Position numbers and translations under genes: made by a program. 64,000 bases of DNA. It comes from Ruminococcus sp. (GTDB lineage Bacteria; Bacillota; Clostridia; Oscillospirales; Ruminococcaceae). Under the pieces are notes generated by a model, which did no database searches, was not told the DNA's origin, and saw only the letters and a program-made list of their open reading frames with translations. Shown one piece after another: positions 37,339 through 47,437 of this stretch. The DNA is taken from contig SVNK01000010.1 in assembly GCA_015066935.1 (NCBI GenBank), forward strand, positions 2,159-66,158, in the 5' to 3' direction. Numbering within the stretch: the first letter of the stretch is position 1; every line of letters starts with the position of its first letter.

Positions 37339-40300
37339 ATGAATCTAAAAAGAATCGCAGCAAGTCTGACAGCAATGGCTTGTTTCGGAAGCATCGTTGG
37401 CACAATGCCTGAGTTTTCAGACAAAACCTATGCAGCTGAGATTGTGTGCAACAACTTTGAAGAGACCTACGAGGGCTGGTATGCAAATGATGAAATGGCG
37501 GAATTTGCTGCAATACCGGGCGTGGGTGCAGACGGCACAAGAGGTATGAAAATCTCGAATCGTCTCAATCCCGATTCAGGTGTAAGCTCATCGAAGGGCT
37601 TCTACCTTACAGGCGGAATCAAGTATGATTACAGTGTGCAGGTTTACAGTGAGACAGACGAAACATTCCACGTTTCGCTTCTCTGCATTGATCAGGACAC
37701 ACAGGAAGAAACTGTTGTTGAGCTTGTTTCAAAGGACGTGAAGGCAGGCGAGTGGACAGAGCTCTCTGCTGATTACAAGGCTCCGAAGAACAGCAGCGAA
37801 TTCCGTCTTACAATTACTACAGACAGCACAAATGATTTCTGTTTCGATAACGTTCTCATTACAGAGCAGAGATCAAAGAATGTAATCGTTGCAAACGCTG
37901 CCGGCAACGGACTTAAAGAAGCTTTCAACGGATACGGTTTCCGTGTGGGCAACATCCTCAACGGCAATACAGTAAATAATTCAGGCATCACTTCAAACTA
38001 CATCAAGGACTTCAATGCAATCGAGTGCGAGAACGAGACAAAGGCAGACGCTATCCTTGTTCAGAACGGCTCAACAAATACTGATGTAAAGGTATCACTC
38101 AACAGATGTGCGGCTATTCTTGATTTCTGTGTAAAGAACAACATGGGCTTCAGAGGTCATGCTTTCGTATGGCACAGCCAGACTCCTTCATGGTTCTTCA
38201 AGGAGGGCTTCAGCAATAACGGTGCATGGGTAAATTCTTCAACAATGGACCAGCGTCTTGAGAGCTACATCAAGAATACATTCAATGCATTCAAGACACA
38301 GTATCCTACACTTAACCTCTATGCATACGACGTTGTAAACGAAGCTGTATCCGATGACTCAAACAGAACAGCAAACAACGGCGGTGCAAGACTTCCCGGT
38401 GACAACAATGTCGAGGGCGGAAAGTCTGCATGGGTACAGGTTTACGGTTCAAACGCATTCATCGAAAAGGCGTTCACATACGCAAGAAAGTATGCTCCCT
38501 CTACATGTAAGCTTTACTATAATGACTATAACGAGTACTGGGATCACAAGCGTGACTGTATCATCAATACAATCGTAAAGCCTCTCTACAACAAGGGACT
38601 CCTTGACGGTATGGGAATGCAGTCTCACGTTCCTGCCAATGCAACAGGCTTTGCAGGCACAGATTCCTATCTTCAGGCAATGGATATGTACCTTTCAGTC
38701 GGATGCGACGTTCAGGTAACAGAGCTTGATATTTCTCTCGAAAATGGCAAGTATTCACTTCAGGATCAGGCAAACAAGTACAAGGCAATCTTCCAGCACG
38801 CTATGGATGTAAATACAAGCGGCAAATATAAGGGACGTGTAACCCTCGTTCAGGTATGGGGACCCAATGACGCCAACTCATGGCTCAGTGCAGGTTCAGA
38901 CGCACTCCTTTACGATTCAAGCAATCAGCCCAAGCTCGCTTATACAACACTTATGCAGCTTGGCGACGGCAACGGTCCTTTCGAGAGCCTTGACGGTCCG
39001 ATTACTCCTCCCGAGCCTAATGAGTACGGCTGGTGGTTCCAGTGCGGATTCGAAAACGGCGACGATAACTGGACTAACAGAGGCGGAAACTCAGTTGAAG
39101 TTTCAGATAAGGAACACTATACAGAGTGGGGCAGCAAGTCGCTCTTTGTATACGACAGAACATCCGAGTGGATGGGTGCAATACTTTCACTCAGTCCTGT
39201 AATCTACAAGGCAGGCGAGTCCTACAGCTTCAGCGTTCACGTTAAGCAGAACAACGAAGAGGCTGTTGACTTCAAACTCTCTCTTGAATACACAGACGCA
39301 TCAGGCGAAACTGCTTATGCAGATATCGCTAAGGTAACAGCTCCCAAGGGAATGTGGGCACAGCTTGTAAACACAAGCTACAAGATTCCTGATGGCGCTT
39401 CAGACCTCAAGATTTACGTTGAAACAACATCATCCCTCACTGATTTCTATATGGACGAGGCAATCGGTGCTGTTGATAAAACAGGTATTGCAGGCGAAGG
39501 TCAGCCTGAAGTAAAGGTTGTAGTCCGTGGAGACCTCAACTTCGACGGAAAAATCAATGTATTCGACGTTGTTGCTGCTCGTAAGGGCATCATAAACGGT
39601 ATTTCAGACGCAGATACAAAGAAGGCTGCCGACGTTGACAGAAACGGCAAGTTCGAAGCAGCCGACCTCGTTCTCATTCATCAGTACGTTATGGGTAAAA
39701 TCACAGAGTTCCCCAAGGCACAGATTTCAATTGATGTTGCTGCAATGGAAGCAGCATTCTCAGGCGTAAACGTTCTTGACAGCTGGAAGAAGGACGGCGA
39801 AAATAACGTTCTCTGGACTCAGCGTTTCGGTGCAGACCCCGGATTTATGGTTTACAAGGACAGACTCTACGTCTATACAACAAACGACGCTCCTGAATAC
39901 AGATCCGACGGAAAAATTCAGGTGAATACTTACAATTCAGGTACTATCAACTGCTTCTCCACTGCCGATCTCGTAAACTGGACAGATCACGGTGCAATTC
40001 CCGTTGCAGGCAGAAACGGCAGAACTCAGAATGGTGCAGCAAAGTGGGCAACTTATGCATGGGCTCCCGACGCTGCATGGAAGACAATCAACGGTAAGGA
40101 TAAGTTCTTCCTTTACTTCGCAGACAGTGCAGGTGGTATCGGCGTACTTACAGCCGACAGTCCCGAGGGTCCCTACACAGATCCTATCGGAAAGGCACTT
40201 ATCACCAAGAGCACTTCAGGCTTTGGCGACGTAGAATGGCTCTTCGACCCTGCTGTTCTCGTTGACGATGACGGCACAGGTTACCTCTACGTAGGCGGTG

Positions 40301-41187
40301 GTGTTCCCAGCGGAAAGGCTGCTGACCCGGGAACAGCAAGAGCTATCAAGCTCGGTGACGACATGACATCACTTTCAGGTTCAGCTGTAAGAATGAATCC
40401 TCCCTATCTTTTTGAGGACTCAAGTATTCTCAAGGTTGGCAATACTTATTATTACTCATACTGCACAAACTGGAGCACAGGCGGAAATCCCTACGGTTTC
40501 GGCAATGCGGAAATCGCTGTTATGACTTCCACAAATCCCCTCGGACCCTTCACATATAAGGGAATTGCACTCAAGAATCCCGCATCCTACAAGCTTGACG
40601 GCGGCGGAAACAATCACCACTCCATCGTTGAGTTCAAGGGCAAGTACTATGTGCTTTACCACAGCCGTGCACTTTCAAGAGCTATGAACATTCAGGCACT
40701 TAATACTGACGGTTCAATTGATTTAGGCGGTAACTACCGTTCACCTCATATCGACGAGGCTACATTCTCTAACGGAATGTTCTCGGCAACAGGTACAATG
40801 AAGGGCGTTTCACAGATTGAATCACTCAATCCTTATGTAAAGGTTCAGGCTGAGACAATGTCAAATCAGTCCAAGAATCTTAAAGTAAACGGTCTTTGCG
40901 ATACATCTGTTGCAGTCGGCAAGGGTGACTGGTTCAAGACAAGCGGTGTTGACTTCGGCAGCGGTGCATCATCACTCACAATGAAAGCTTCTTCTAAAAA
41001 TGGTGCTGTAATAAGAGTTTGCAGCGGTTCTGCAAAGGGCGAGGTTCTCGCTTACGTACAGATTCCCGCAGGCGGTTCTGCTGAGGAAATTGAAGTTCCC
41101 GTAATCAATTCAGCATCCGGCAAAAACGACATCTACTTTGTATCAAGCGGAGATGCAGAAGTAGACTGGTGGCAGTTTGCTGAATAA
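37339..41187 (+). CDS. Cellulosomal multidomain xylanase/arabinofuranosidase: CBM22-GH10-CBM22-dockerin-GH43-CBM6
   Basis: It has a signal peptide and GH10 motifs (WHSQTP, YDVVNEA, VTELDI). The dockerin reads GDLNFDGKINVFD..VDRNGKFEAADL. GH43 motifs are GADPGFMVYKDRLYVY and WAPDAAW. The C-terminus is CBM6-like. Confidence 0.85.
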   Translation: MNLKRIAASLTAMACFGSIVGTMPEFSDKTYAAEIVCNNFEETYEGWYANDEMAEFAAIPGVGADGTRGMKISNRLNPDSGVSSSKGFYLTGGIKYDYSVQVYSETDETFHVSLLCIDQDTQEETVVELVSKDVKAGEWTELSADYKAPKNSSEFRLTITTDSTNDFCFDNVLITEQRSKNVIVANAAGNGLKEAFNGYGFRVGNILNGNTVNNSGITSNYIKDFNAIECENETKADAILVQNGSTNTDVKVSLNRCAAILDFCVKNNMGFRGHAFVWHSQTPSWFFKEGFSNNGAWVNSSTMDQRLESYIKNTFNAFKTQYPTLNLYAYDVVNEAVSDDSNRTANNGGARLPGDNNVEGGKSAWVQVYGSNAFIEKAFTYARKYAPSTCKLYYNDYNEYWDHKRDCIINTIVKPLYNKGLLDGMGMQSHVPANATGFAGTDSYLQAMDMYLSVGCDVQVTELDISLENGKYSLQDQANKYKAIFQHAMDVNTSGKYKGRVTLVQVWGPNDANSWLSAGSDALLYDSSNQPKLAYTTLMQLGDGNGPFESLDGPITPPEPNEYGWWFQCGFENGDDNWTNRGGNSVEVSDKEHYTEWGSKSLFVYDRTSEWMGAILSLSPVIYKAGESYSFSVHVKQNNEEAVDFKLSLEYTDASGETAYADIAKVTAPKGMWAQLVNTSYKIPDGASDLKIYVETTSSLTDFYMDEAIGAVDKTGIAGEGQPEVKVVVRGDLNFDGKINVFDVVAARKGIINGISDADTKKAADVDRNGKFEAADLVLIHQYVMGKITEFPKAQISIDVAAMEAAFSGVNVLDSWKKDGENNVLWTQRFGADPGFMVYKDRLYVYTTNDAPEYRSDGKIQVNTYNSGTINCFSTADLVNWTDHGAIPVAGRNGRTQNGAAKWATYAWAPDAAWKTINGKDKFFLYFADSAGGIGVLTADSPEGPYTDPIGKALITKSTSGFGDVEWLFDPAVLVDDDGTGYLYVGGGVPSGKAADPGTARAIKLGDDMTSLSGSAVRMNPPYLFEDSSILKVGNTYYYSYCTNWSTGGNPYGFGNAEIAVMTSTNPLGPFTYKGIALKNPASYKLDGGGNNHHSIVEFKGKYYVLYHSRALSRAMNIQALNTDGSIDLGGNYRSPHIDEATFSNGMFSATGTMKGVSQIESLNPYVKVQAETMSNQSKNLKVNGLCDTSVAVGKGDWFKTSGVDFGSGASSLTMKASSKNGAVIRVCSGSAKGEVLAYVQIPAGGSAEEIEVPVINSASGKNDIYFVSSGDAEVDWWQFAE

Positions 41188-41310
41188 GTGAAAAATAATT
41201 AATAATTTTCGTTTAGCCATGCCCTGAAATAGGGTGTGGCTAAGCGTGTAATTAAACAAATTAATTCTTTGAACAATTTTACAAAGAGTTACTAAAAGGA
41301 GGATATTAAG

Positions 41311-44181
41311 ATGGGTTTAAAAAAATCAATCGGAAGAGCTTTTTCTGCTCTTACGGCAGCGGCTATGCTTGCAACCTCAGCACAGGTCCTGCCGAAGAGT
41401 GATGAGGAGCTCGTTGCAAGGGCAGCAAGTGCCTGCGTAATTGACACTCAGAAGGAGTATCAGCTTATCAGAGGCTTCGGAGGAATCAATCATCCCGAAT
41501 GGACAGGTGCAGACCTCTCAGATTCGCAGAGACAGACTGCTTTCGGAAACGGTACAAATGAACTCGGACTTTCAGTTCTCAGAGTATTTGTCAATCCTGA
41601 TAAGAATCAGTGGTACAGAGCTGTTGAGACAGCAAAGTTTGCAAACAAAATGGGTGCATACGTATTTGCTTCTCCGTGGGAGCCGCCTTCGAGCATAGCG
41701 TCCAAGGGCGACGGCACCTATCAGGGAGGAAAGGTACACCTTGACAAGTCAAATTACGGTGCATACGCTCAGCATCTTAACGACTTCGGAACTTACATGA
41801 AGAATCAGGGCGTAGACCTTTTCTCCATTTCAGTTCAGAACGAGCCTGACTACGCTCACGACTGGACAGGCTGGACTTCCGACGAAACAACAGACTTCCT
41901 TGCAAATTACGGACACCTTATTACAAGTACACGTATGATGTCTCCCGAGACTTTCCAGTATACAAATAAGGACTACTACAACAAGATTCTCAACAACTCA
42001 AAGGCATTTGCAAATACAGACGTATTCGCAACACATATGTACGGCACACAGAGAAGTCAGATGGATTTCTCCGCACTTGAAAACTGCGGCAAGGAAATCT
42101 GGATGACAGAAGTTTATGTTCCCAACAGCGAAGCTGATTCAGCAAACCGCTGGCCCGAGGCTCTTCAGGTAGGTGAGAACATTCATAATGCTCTTGTAGT
42201 AGGAAACATGAGTGCGTATGTATGGTGGTACATCAGAAGAAGCTACGGTCTCATGACAGAGGACGGCAAAATCAGTAAGCGTGGCTACAACATGGCACAG
42301 TTCTCGAAGTGGGTACGTCCCGGAGCTATCAGAATCGGCGCTACAGAGCAGCCCGATACAAATATCCTCGTTTCTTCCTACAAGAATGAGGACGGAACAA
42401 TCGCAATCGTAGCTATCAACAAGAATTCTTCGGGCAGCGTTGTTCAGGAATTCAAGCTTGGCAGCGGCGAAAAAATCGGAAGCGTTGACCGTTACAGAAC
42501 AAGCAGCAGCGAGAATCTTGCTCTTACTGCAAACATGGAAGCAAGCGAAAGCGGATTCTTTGCAACACTTCCCGCACAGTCCATTTCCACATTCGTAATC
42601 ACTCCCGAGGGGGGTATCAAGCAACCCGAACCCAATGAGTACGGCTGGTGGTTCCAGTGCGGTTTTGAGGACGGCGACGATAACTGGACAAACAGAGGCG
42701 GAAATACTGTTGCAGTATCCGATGCAGAGCATTATACAGAGTGGGGAAGCAAATCACTCTTTGTTTCAGACAGAACATCTGAGTGGATGGGTGCTTCACT
42801 TGAGCTCAGCAACAAGATTTTCACAGCAGGTCAGGCATACAGCTTCAGCGTTCATGTAAAGCAGAACACCGAAGAAACGGTTGATTTCAAGCTTTCACTT
42901 GAGTATACCGATTCCACAGGCGAGACAGCTTATTCCGACATTGCAAAGGTAACTGCTCCGAAGGGACAGTGGGCACAGCTCCAAAATAAGAGCTACAAGA
43001 TTCCCGAAGGTGCAACAAATCTCAAGATTTATGTAGAAACAACATCCTCTCTTACAGATTTCTACATGGACGAGGCAATCGGTGCTGTTGACGGCACAGG
43101 TATTCAGGGCGAGGGACAGCCTGAACTTCCCGAAGTAAAGACAGTTATTCCCGGTGATATCAACTTCGACGGCAAAATCAACATCTTCGACGTTGTAATG
43201 GCAAGAAAGGGCGTAATTGCAGGAGGCTTCTCCGATAATTACGCTGTCAAGGCTGCTGACGTTGACAATAACGGCAAGGTAGAAGCAGCAGACCTCGTTC
43301 AGATAAGCAGTTACGTAATGGGCAGAATTACCGAGTTCACAAAGGTTGAGGGAAGCAGCGGTACAATGATGACAATTTCAGAGTACACTCCTCTTGCACA
43401 GGCAAAGCTTGCGATGAATGAGACAAATGAGTCAAAGCAGGAAAAGTCAGGCGTTCAGTACGGAACTGTAGTTTCCAAGAGCTATTATTCGGAATTCTGT
43501 AAACGTGAGAAGAAGTATAACGTACTTCTCCCCGCAGGCTATACCACAAGCAAGAAGTATCCCGTAATGTACGTAATGCACGGCTACTGGGAGAATCAGG
43601 ACAGAATGATTATTACAGGCAACGGGACAATGTATACACGTCAGATTGTCGGCAATGCAATTGCTGAAGGCGCTGCAAAGGACATGATTCTTGTTTTCCC
43701 ATACATCTATTCAAGCCAGTCACAGGACGACTGCAATGCTATGGACGATGCAAACAATATCGCATATGATAACTTTGGAACAGTGCTTGTTAATGAGCTT
43801 ATGCCTCTTATCGAGAAGGAGTACAGCGTTGCAACAGGCAAGGCAAATACAGCTATCACAGGCTTCTCAATGGGTGGACGTGAGTCTCTCAACATCGGAC
43901 AGAAATATCCCGACCTCTTCGGTTACGTAGGAGCAATCTGTCCTGCACCTGGAGCTTCAGGCAACTGGAAGTTTGCATCTGAGGAGGCATCTCCCTCACT
44001 CATCTATATCACAGCAGGCGGAAACGACGATGTTGTTTATACAACTCCCGAGGGATACCACAACAATTTCACAAAAAATAATGTTCCCCACATCTGGCAC
44101 TACTACCAGAACGGCTATCACGGTGATAACAGCATCCATGCACATCTCTACAATTTTGTAAGATTTGCATTTCAGGCTTAA
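41311..44181 (+). CDS. Cellulosomal multidomain enzyme: GH30 (glucuronoxylanase-like)-CBM22-dockerin-CE1 esterase
   Basis: GH30 motifs are RGFGG, ASPWEPP, SVQNEPDY and WMTEVY. The CBM22 and dockerin are nearly identical to those of the upstream gene. The esterase has GFSMGGRES. Confidence 0.85.
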   Translation: MGLKKSIGRAFSALTAAAMLATSAQVLPKSDEELVARAASACVIDTQKEYQLIRGFGGINHPEWTGADLSDSQRQTAFGNGTNELGLSVLRVFVNPDKNQWYRAVETAKFANKMGAYVFASPWEPPSSIASKGDGTYQGGKVHLDKSNYGAYAQHLNDFGTYMKNQGVDLFSISVQNEPDYAHDWTGWTSDETTDFLANYGHLITSTRMMSPETFQYTNKDYYNKILNNSKAFANTDVFATHMYGTQRSQMDFSALENCGKEIWMTEVYVPNSEADSANRWPEALQVGENIHNALVVGNMSAYVWWYIRRSYGLMTEDGKISKRGYNMAQFSKWVRPGAIRIGATEQPDTNILVSSYKNEDGTIAIVAINKNSSGSVVQEFKLGSGEKIGSVDRYRTSSSENLALTANMEASESGFFATLPAQSISTFVITPEGGIKQPEPNEYGWWFQCGFEDGDDNWTNRGGNTVAVSDAEHYTEWGSKSLFVSDRTSEWMGASLELSNKIFTAGQAYSFSVHVKQNTEETVDFKLSLEYTDSTGETAYSDIAKVTAPKGQWAQLQNKSYKIPEGATNLKIYVETTSSLTDFYMDEAIGAVDGTGIQGEGQPELPEVKTVIPGDINFDGKINIFDVVMARKGVIAGGFSDNYAVKAADVDNNGKVEAADLVQISSYVMGRITEFTKVEGSSGTMMTISEYTPLAQAKLAMNETNESKQEKSGVQYGTVVSKSYYSEFCKREKKYNVLLPAGYTTSKKYPVMYVMHGYWENQDRMIITGNGTMYTRQIVGNAIAEGAAKDMILVFPYIYSSQSQDDCNAMDDANNIAYDNFGTVLVNELMPLIEKEYSVATGKANTAITGFSMGGRESLNIGQKYPDLFGYVGAICPAPGASGNWKFASEEASPSLIYITAGGNDDVVYTTPEGYHNNFTKNNVPHIWHYYQNGYHGDNSIHAHLYNFVRFAFQA

Positions 44182-44260
44182 TTTCACTGCTTGTCATTAA
44201 AGCTGGGAACTCGGATAAACCGTAAGACTTGCCTTTATGTCAGAGCAGGTAATTAAACGA

Positions 44261-44301
44261 ACCCTCCTATGGTGTAATAATATCATAGGAGGGAGTTTTT
44301 T
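44261..44301 (+). terminator. Intrinsic terminator after the GH30 gene
   Basis: Hairpin ccctcctatg..cataggaggg followed by T6. Confidence 0.8.
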
Positions 44302-44453
44302 GTAAGAGGGGACTGATTCGTACGGCAGCATATTGTGATTACGGGCTTGAAACTCTGATTTTTCAATAAAATAATGTTTCTGCCTCAAAAAGTATTTGAT
44401 TTTCTGAAAAAATGTGTTATAATATGACTGTAACAACTTTTATGGAGGTCATT

Positions 44454-45116
44454 ATGCGTATCCGACACAAACCATGGGCAAAGCCTGAACTTGAGGCATG
44501 TCCTTTCTATATCAACGAACCACAAAACTGTATAGGCAAATGGAATGAACTTTTCAGTAATCCTTCGGCTCCGCTTTATGTTGAACTGGGCTGCGGCAAG
44601 GGAGGATTTATTTCTCAGGCAGCTCCTGCGCATCCCGAAGTCAATTTTATTGCCATGGACATTAAGAATGAGATGCTTGTTCTGGCAAAGAGAAAGCTTG
44701 AGAATGCTTATAATGAACTTGAAATGTCTGCGGATAATGTCAGAATTGCAATTCAGAATATTGAGCGTATTGAACTTGCATGGAACGAAAACGACCGTGC
44801 AGACAGAATCTACATAAATTTCTGCAATCCATGGCCGAAGAAAAAACATAAGAAGCGTCGTCTGACACATACACGTCAGCTTCTTGCGTACAAGAAATTT
44901 CTCAGAGGTCAGCTATGGTTCAAGACGGACGACGACGAGCTTTTCGAAGAATCATTTGAGTATTTCGAAGAAGCAGGCTACAGAATTGTTTTCAGAACAT
45001 TTGACCTCCATAGTGAATCGGGTATCGAGAATTTCGTTACAGAACATGAAAAAATGTTCACCGACGAAGGAAAAAAGATTAAATTTCTTATCGCTGAACC
45101 AATAAGGGAGGATTAA
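44454..45116 (+). CDS. trmB: tRNA (guanine46-N7)-methyltransferase
   Basis: MRIRHKPWA.., VELGCGKGGF, FCNPWPKK. Confidence 0.9.
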   Translation: MRIRHKPWAKPELEACPFYINEPQNCIGKWNELFSNPSAPLYVELGCGKGGFISQAAPAHPEVNFIAMDIKNEMLVLAKRKLENAYNELEMSADNVRIAIQNIERIELAWNENDRADRIYINFCNPWPKKKHKKRRLTHTRQLLAYKKFLRGQLWFKTDDDELFEESFEYFEEAGYRIVFRTFDLHSESGIENFVTEHEKMFTDEGKKIKFLIAEPIRED

Positions 45117-45117
45117 T

Positions 45118-45324
45118 ATGGAATTTGAAAAAACAGGTGAAAAATTTCAGTTCGGATTCGGCTCCATGACAGCTGCCGGAAACGGAAACGTTACCAACGC
45201 TCAGCCTGTTCCAAAGGAAATAAAAACAAAGCATAATACGGAAGCAATAGCAAAAAGTGCTGTAAAAGCTGCCGTTCTCTCTGCTGCAGTTCTGATAAAG
45301 AACAGGAAGAAAAAGAAAAAATAG
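45118..45324 (+). CDS. Small tail-anchored protein, unknown function
   Basis: 68 aa with a C-terminal hydrophobic segment and a KKKKK tail. Its start is 2 nt after the trmB stop. Confidence 0.4.
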   Translation: MEFEKTGEKFQFGFGSMTAAGNGNVTNAQPVPKEIKTKHNTEAIAKSAVKAAVLSAAVLIKNRKKKKK

Positions 45325-45355
45325 CCTTTTTTCAGCAGATTTTCACATTGTACAC

Positions 45356-45384
45356 TTGACATTTCTGATAGTCTGTACTATAAT
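45356..45384 (+). promoter_or_regulatory. Sigma-A promoter
   Basis: TTGACA, 17-nt spacer, TATAAT. Confidence 0.6.
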
Positions 45385-45402
45385 TAATATGTCCTCTACC
45401 AT

Positions 45403-46026
45403 ATGGATAAAACTCTAAGGAGTGAACTTTTTATGATAAAAATCAGGGAGTTTTTCGTTAATCTGAAAAAGTCCACCAAAATAACCATGATTTCATGCGG
45501 ATGCTTTATCGCTCTTACGGTTATCATTCTGTTTTATTTCATTTTGTTTCCGTATACTCCGTCAGATAAGGTGCTCAAAGCCTTCGGACGTGAGAACGTT
45601 TCAAGTGTTGAGACTGTCTATACAACAACTACAAGCGTTGTAACAAGCAGTAATGCAACTACTACAACCGTTACAACTACACGTGACCCTAATCGTACAG
45701 ATTTTGAAATCGTTATCACAACAGGTAAGGGATTTATAATTTCCGGTGATATTATCCCGACAGGTCCCGAATATATCGTCACTACAACAACTACTCCCGA
45801 ACCTACTGAAACTATAGAACCGACAGAGCCTACTGAGCCAATCGAGCCGACTGACCCGACTGAACCGATTGAGCCTACCGACCCGACAGAGCCTACAGAG
45901 CCGACGGTTGAGCCTACAGACCCGACAGAGCCTCCTGTTATTCCGACAGAACCGCCTGTTGTGCCGCCTGAGATTCCTACTGAAACACCTGATTTGCCGC
46001 CTGATGACAGCGGTGAAACGTGGTAA
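45403..46026 (+). CDS. Membrane-anchored Thr-rich / (E/D)PT-repeat protein
   Basis: It has an N-terminal TM segment, poly-T stretches and tandem EPTEPTEPIEPTDPTEPIEPTDPTEPTEPT repeats. The start may be at 45433. Confidence 0.5.
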   Translation: MDKTLRSELFMIKIREFFVNLKKSTKITMISCGCFIALTVIILFYFILFPYTPSDKVLKAFGRENVSSVETVYTTTTSVVTSSNATTTTVTTTRDPNRTDFEIVITTGKGFIISGDIIPTGPEYIVTTTTTPEPTETIEPTEPTEPIEPTDPTEPIEPTDPTEPTEPTVEPTDPTEPPVIPTEPPVVPPEIPTETPDLPPDDSGETW

Positions 46027-46052
46027 TCAGAAATTGTCAGATTATACTTTGT

Positions 46053-46224
46053 ACAACACCGCGCAAAGCACGTCTGACGACTTTGCACAAAATCTGCTTG
46101 CATTTTTTTCGTCATCCTGCACAGAAATTCCTTGACATACGGCAGTATGCCTGCGAAATTTCTGTACAATCTTACGAAAAAACTGACTTCGCATCTTTCG
46201 CACAAGCTTTGTGCGGTATTGCCC
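46053..46224. repeat. Second long-form copy of the hairpin repeat family
   Basis: Aligns along its whole length with 678-853. Confidence 0.85.
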
Positions 46225-46227
46225 TTA

Positions 46228-46253
46228 GAGACCGCTTTTTGCGGTCTTTTTTA
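46228..46253 (+). terminator. Intrinsic terminator
   Basis: Hairpin agaccgc-ttttt-gcggtct followed by T6. Confidence 0.75.
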
Positions 46254-46390
46254 TTCTTTTCGGAAAAAAATCGTGCCAGCTATTGCAATTTATTCCAAAG
46301 TATGATACAATATTAACGATAGGGTGTTTTTCACCTTCAAGGAGCTTTTTACAAATTGCTCTAAATGAACATTCAGGAGGAAATTAAATT

Positions 46391-47254
46391 ATGTTAGTTT
46401 CAGCTAAAGAAATGCTCGATAAGGCAAGAGCAGGCAAGTATGCAGTAGGTCAGTTCAACATCAATAACCTTGAGTGGACAAAGGCTATACTCCTCACAGC
46501 TCAGGAGTGCAATTCTCCCGTTATCCTCGGTGTATCCGAAGGTGCAGGAAAGTACATGACAGGTATGGAGACTGTTGCTGCTATGGTTAAGGCTATGGAC
46601 GAGTCCCTCGGTATCACTGTTCCCGTTGCTCTCCACCTCGACCACGGTTCTTACGAGGGCTGCTATAAGTGCATCAAGGCAGGCTTCACTTCAATCATGT
46701 TCGACGGTTCACACTTCCCCATCGAGGAGAATATCGAAAAGACTAAGGAGCTCGTAAATGCTTCTCACGCTCTCGGTCTCTCTATCGAGGCTGAGGTTGG
46801 TTCTATCGGCGGTGAAGAGGACGGCGTTGTTGGTGCTGGTGAGTGTGCTGACCCCAACGAGTGCAAGATGATCGCTGACCTCGGTGTTGACTTCCTCGCA
46901 GCAGGTATCGGCAACATCCACGGTAAGTACCCTGAGAACTGGGCAGGTCTTTCTTTCGAGACTCTTGAGGCTGTTAATAACGCTGTTGGCGAGCTTCCCC
47001 TCGTTCTTCACGGCGGTACAGGTATCCCCGACGATATGATTACAAAGGCAATCTCTCTCGGCGTTGCTAAGATCAACGTTAATACAGAGTGCCAGCTCGT
47101 ATTCCAGGAGGCTACAAGAGCTTACATTGAGGCTGGTAAGGACCAGACAGGTAAGGGCTTTGACCCCAGAAAGCTTCTTGCTCCCGGCTTTGAGGCTATC
47201 AAGGCTAAGGTTAAGGAGAAGATGGAACTCTTCGGAAGCGTTAACAAGGCATAA
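46391..47254 (+). CDS. fba: Class II fructose-1,6-bisphosphate aldolase
   Basis: MLVSAKEMLDKA.., LHLDHG, HGGTG. Confidence 0.9.
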   Translation: MLVSAKEMLDKARAGKYAVGQFNINNLEWTKAILLTAQECNSPVILGVSEGAGKYMTGMETVAAMVKAMDESLGITVPVALHLDHGSYEGCYKCIKAGFTSIMFDGSHFPIEENIEKTKELVNASHALGLSIEAEVGSIGGEEDGVVGAGECADPNECKMIADLGVDFLAAGIGNIHGKYPENWAGLSFETLEAVNNAVGELPLVLHGGTGIPDDMITKAISLGVAKINVNTECQLVFQEATRAYIEAGKDQTGKGFDPRKLLAPGFEAIKAKVKEKMELFGSVNKA

Positions 47255-47295
47255 TTCTGCTTATACAGAATGTCTGCTGACATTATCACGTAAAT

Positions 47296-47348
47296 TTAAG
47301 GCAACACCGTGCAAAACCGTCAGGCGAGCTTTGTACGGTGTTGCCTAA
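47296..47348. repeat. Short form (hairpin only) of the repeat family
   Basis: ttaaggcaacaccgtgcaaa..tttgtacggtgttgcctaa. Confidence 0.8.
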
Positions 47349-47386
47349 AGCCATTCCCGATTTTTGTCGGGAGTGGCTTTTATTTT
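47348..47386 (+). terminator. Intrinsic terminator after fba
   Basis: Hairpin aaagccattcccga..tcgggagtggcttt followed by a T-run. Confidence 0.75.
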
Positions 47387-47437
47387 GTGTATATTCCGCA
47401 CACATCTGCTCATATAATGTAGCGGAGGTGCTGTTCT

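Noticed and set aside
37073-37540. 155-aa minus-strand ORF covering the xylanase promoter region and signal-peptide coding region.
   Set aside because: It is antisense to the start of a well-supported gene and to promoter and inverted-repeat DNA. It has no RBS or motifs.
45780-45990. A short-period DNA repeat that could be mistaken for a CRISPR-like or VNTR array. The same applies to the 19890-20290 repeat.
   Set aside because: The periods are 9-12 bp, there are no unique spacers, and both lie inside ORFs encoding EPT/DPT or D/E repeats. No CRISPR array is present anywhere in the window.
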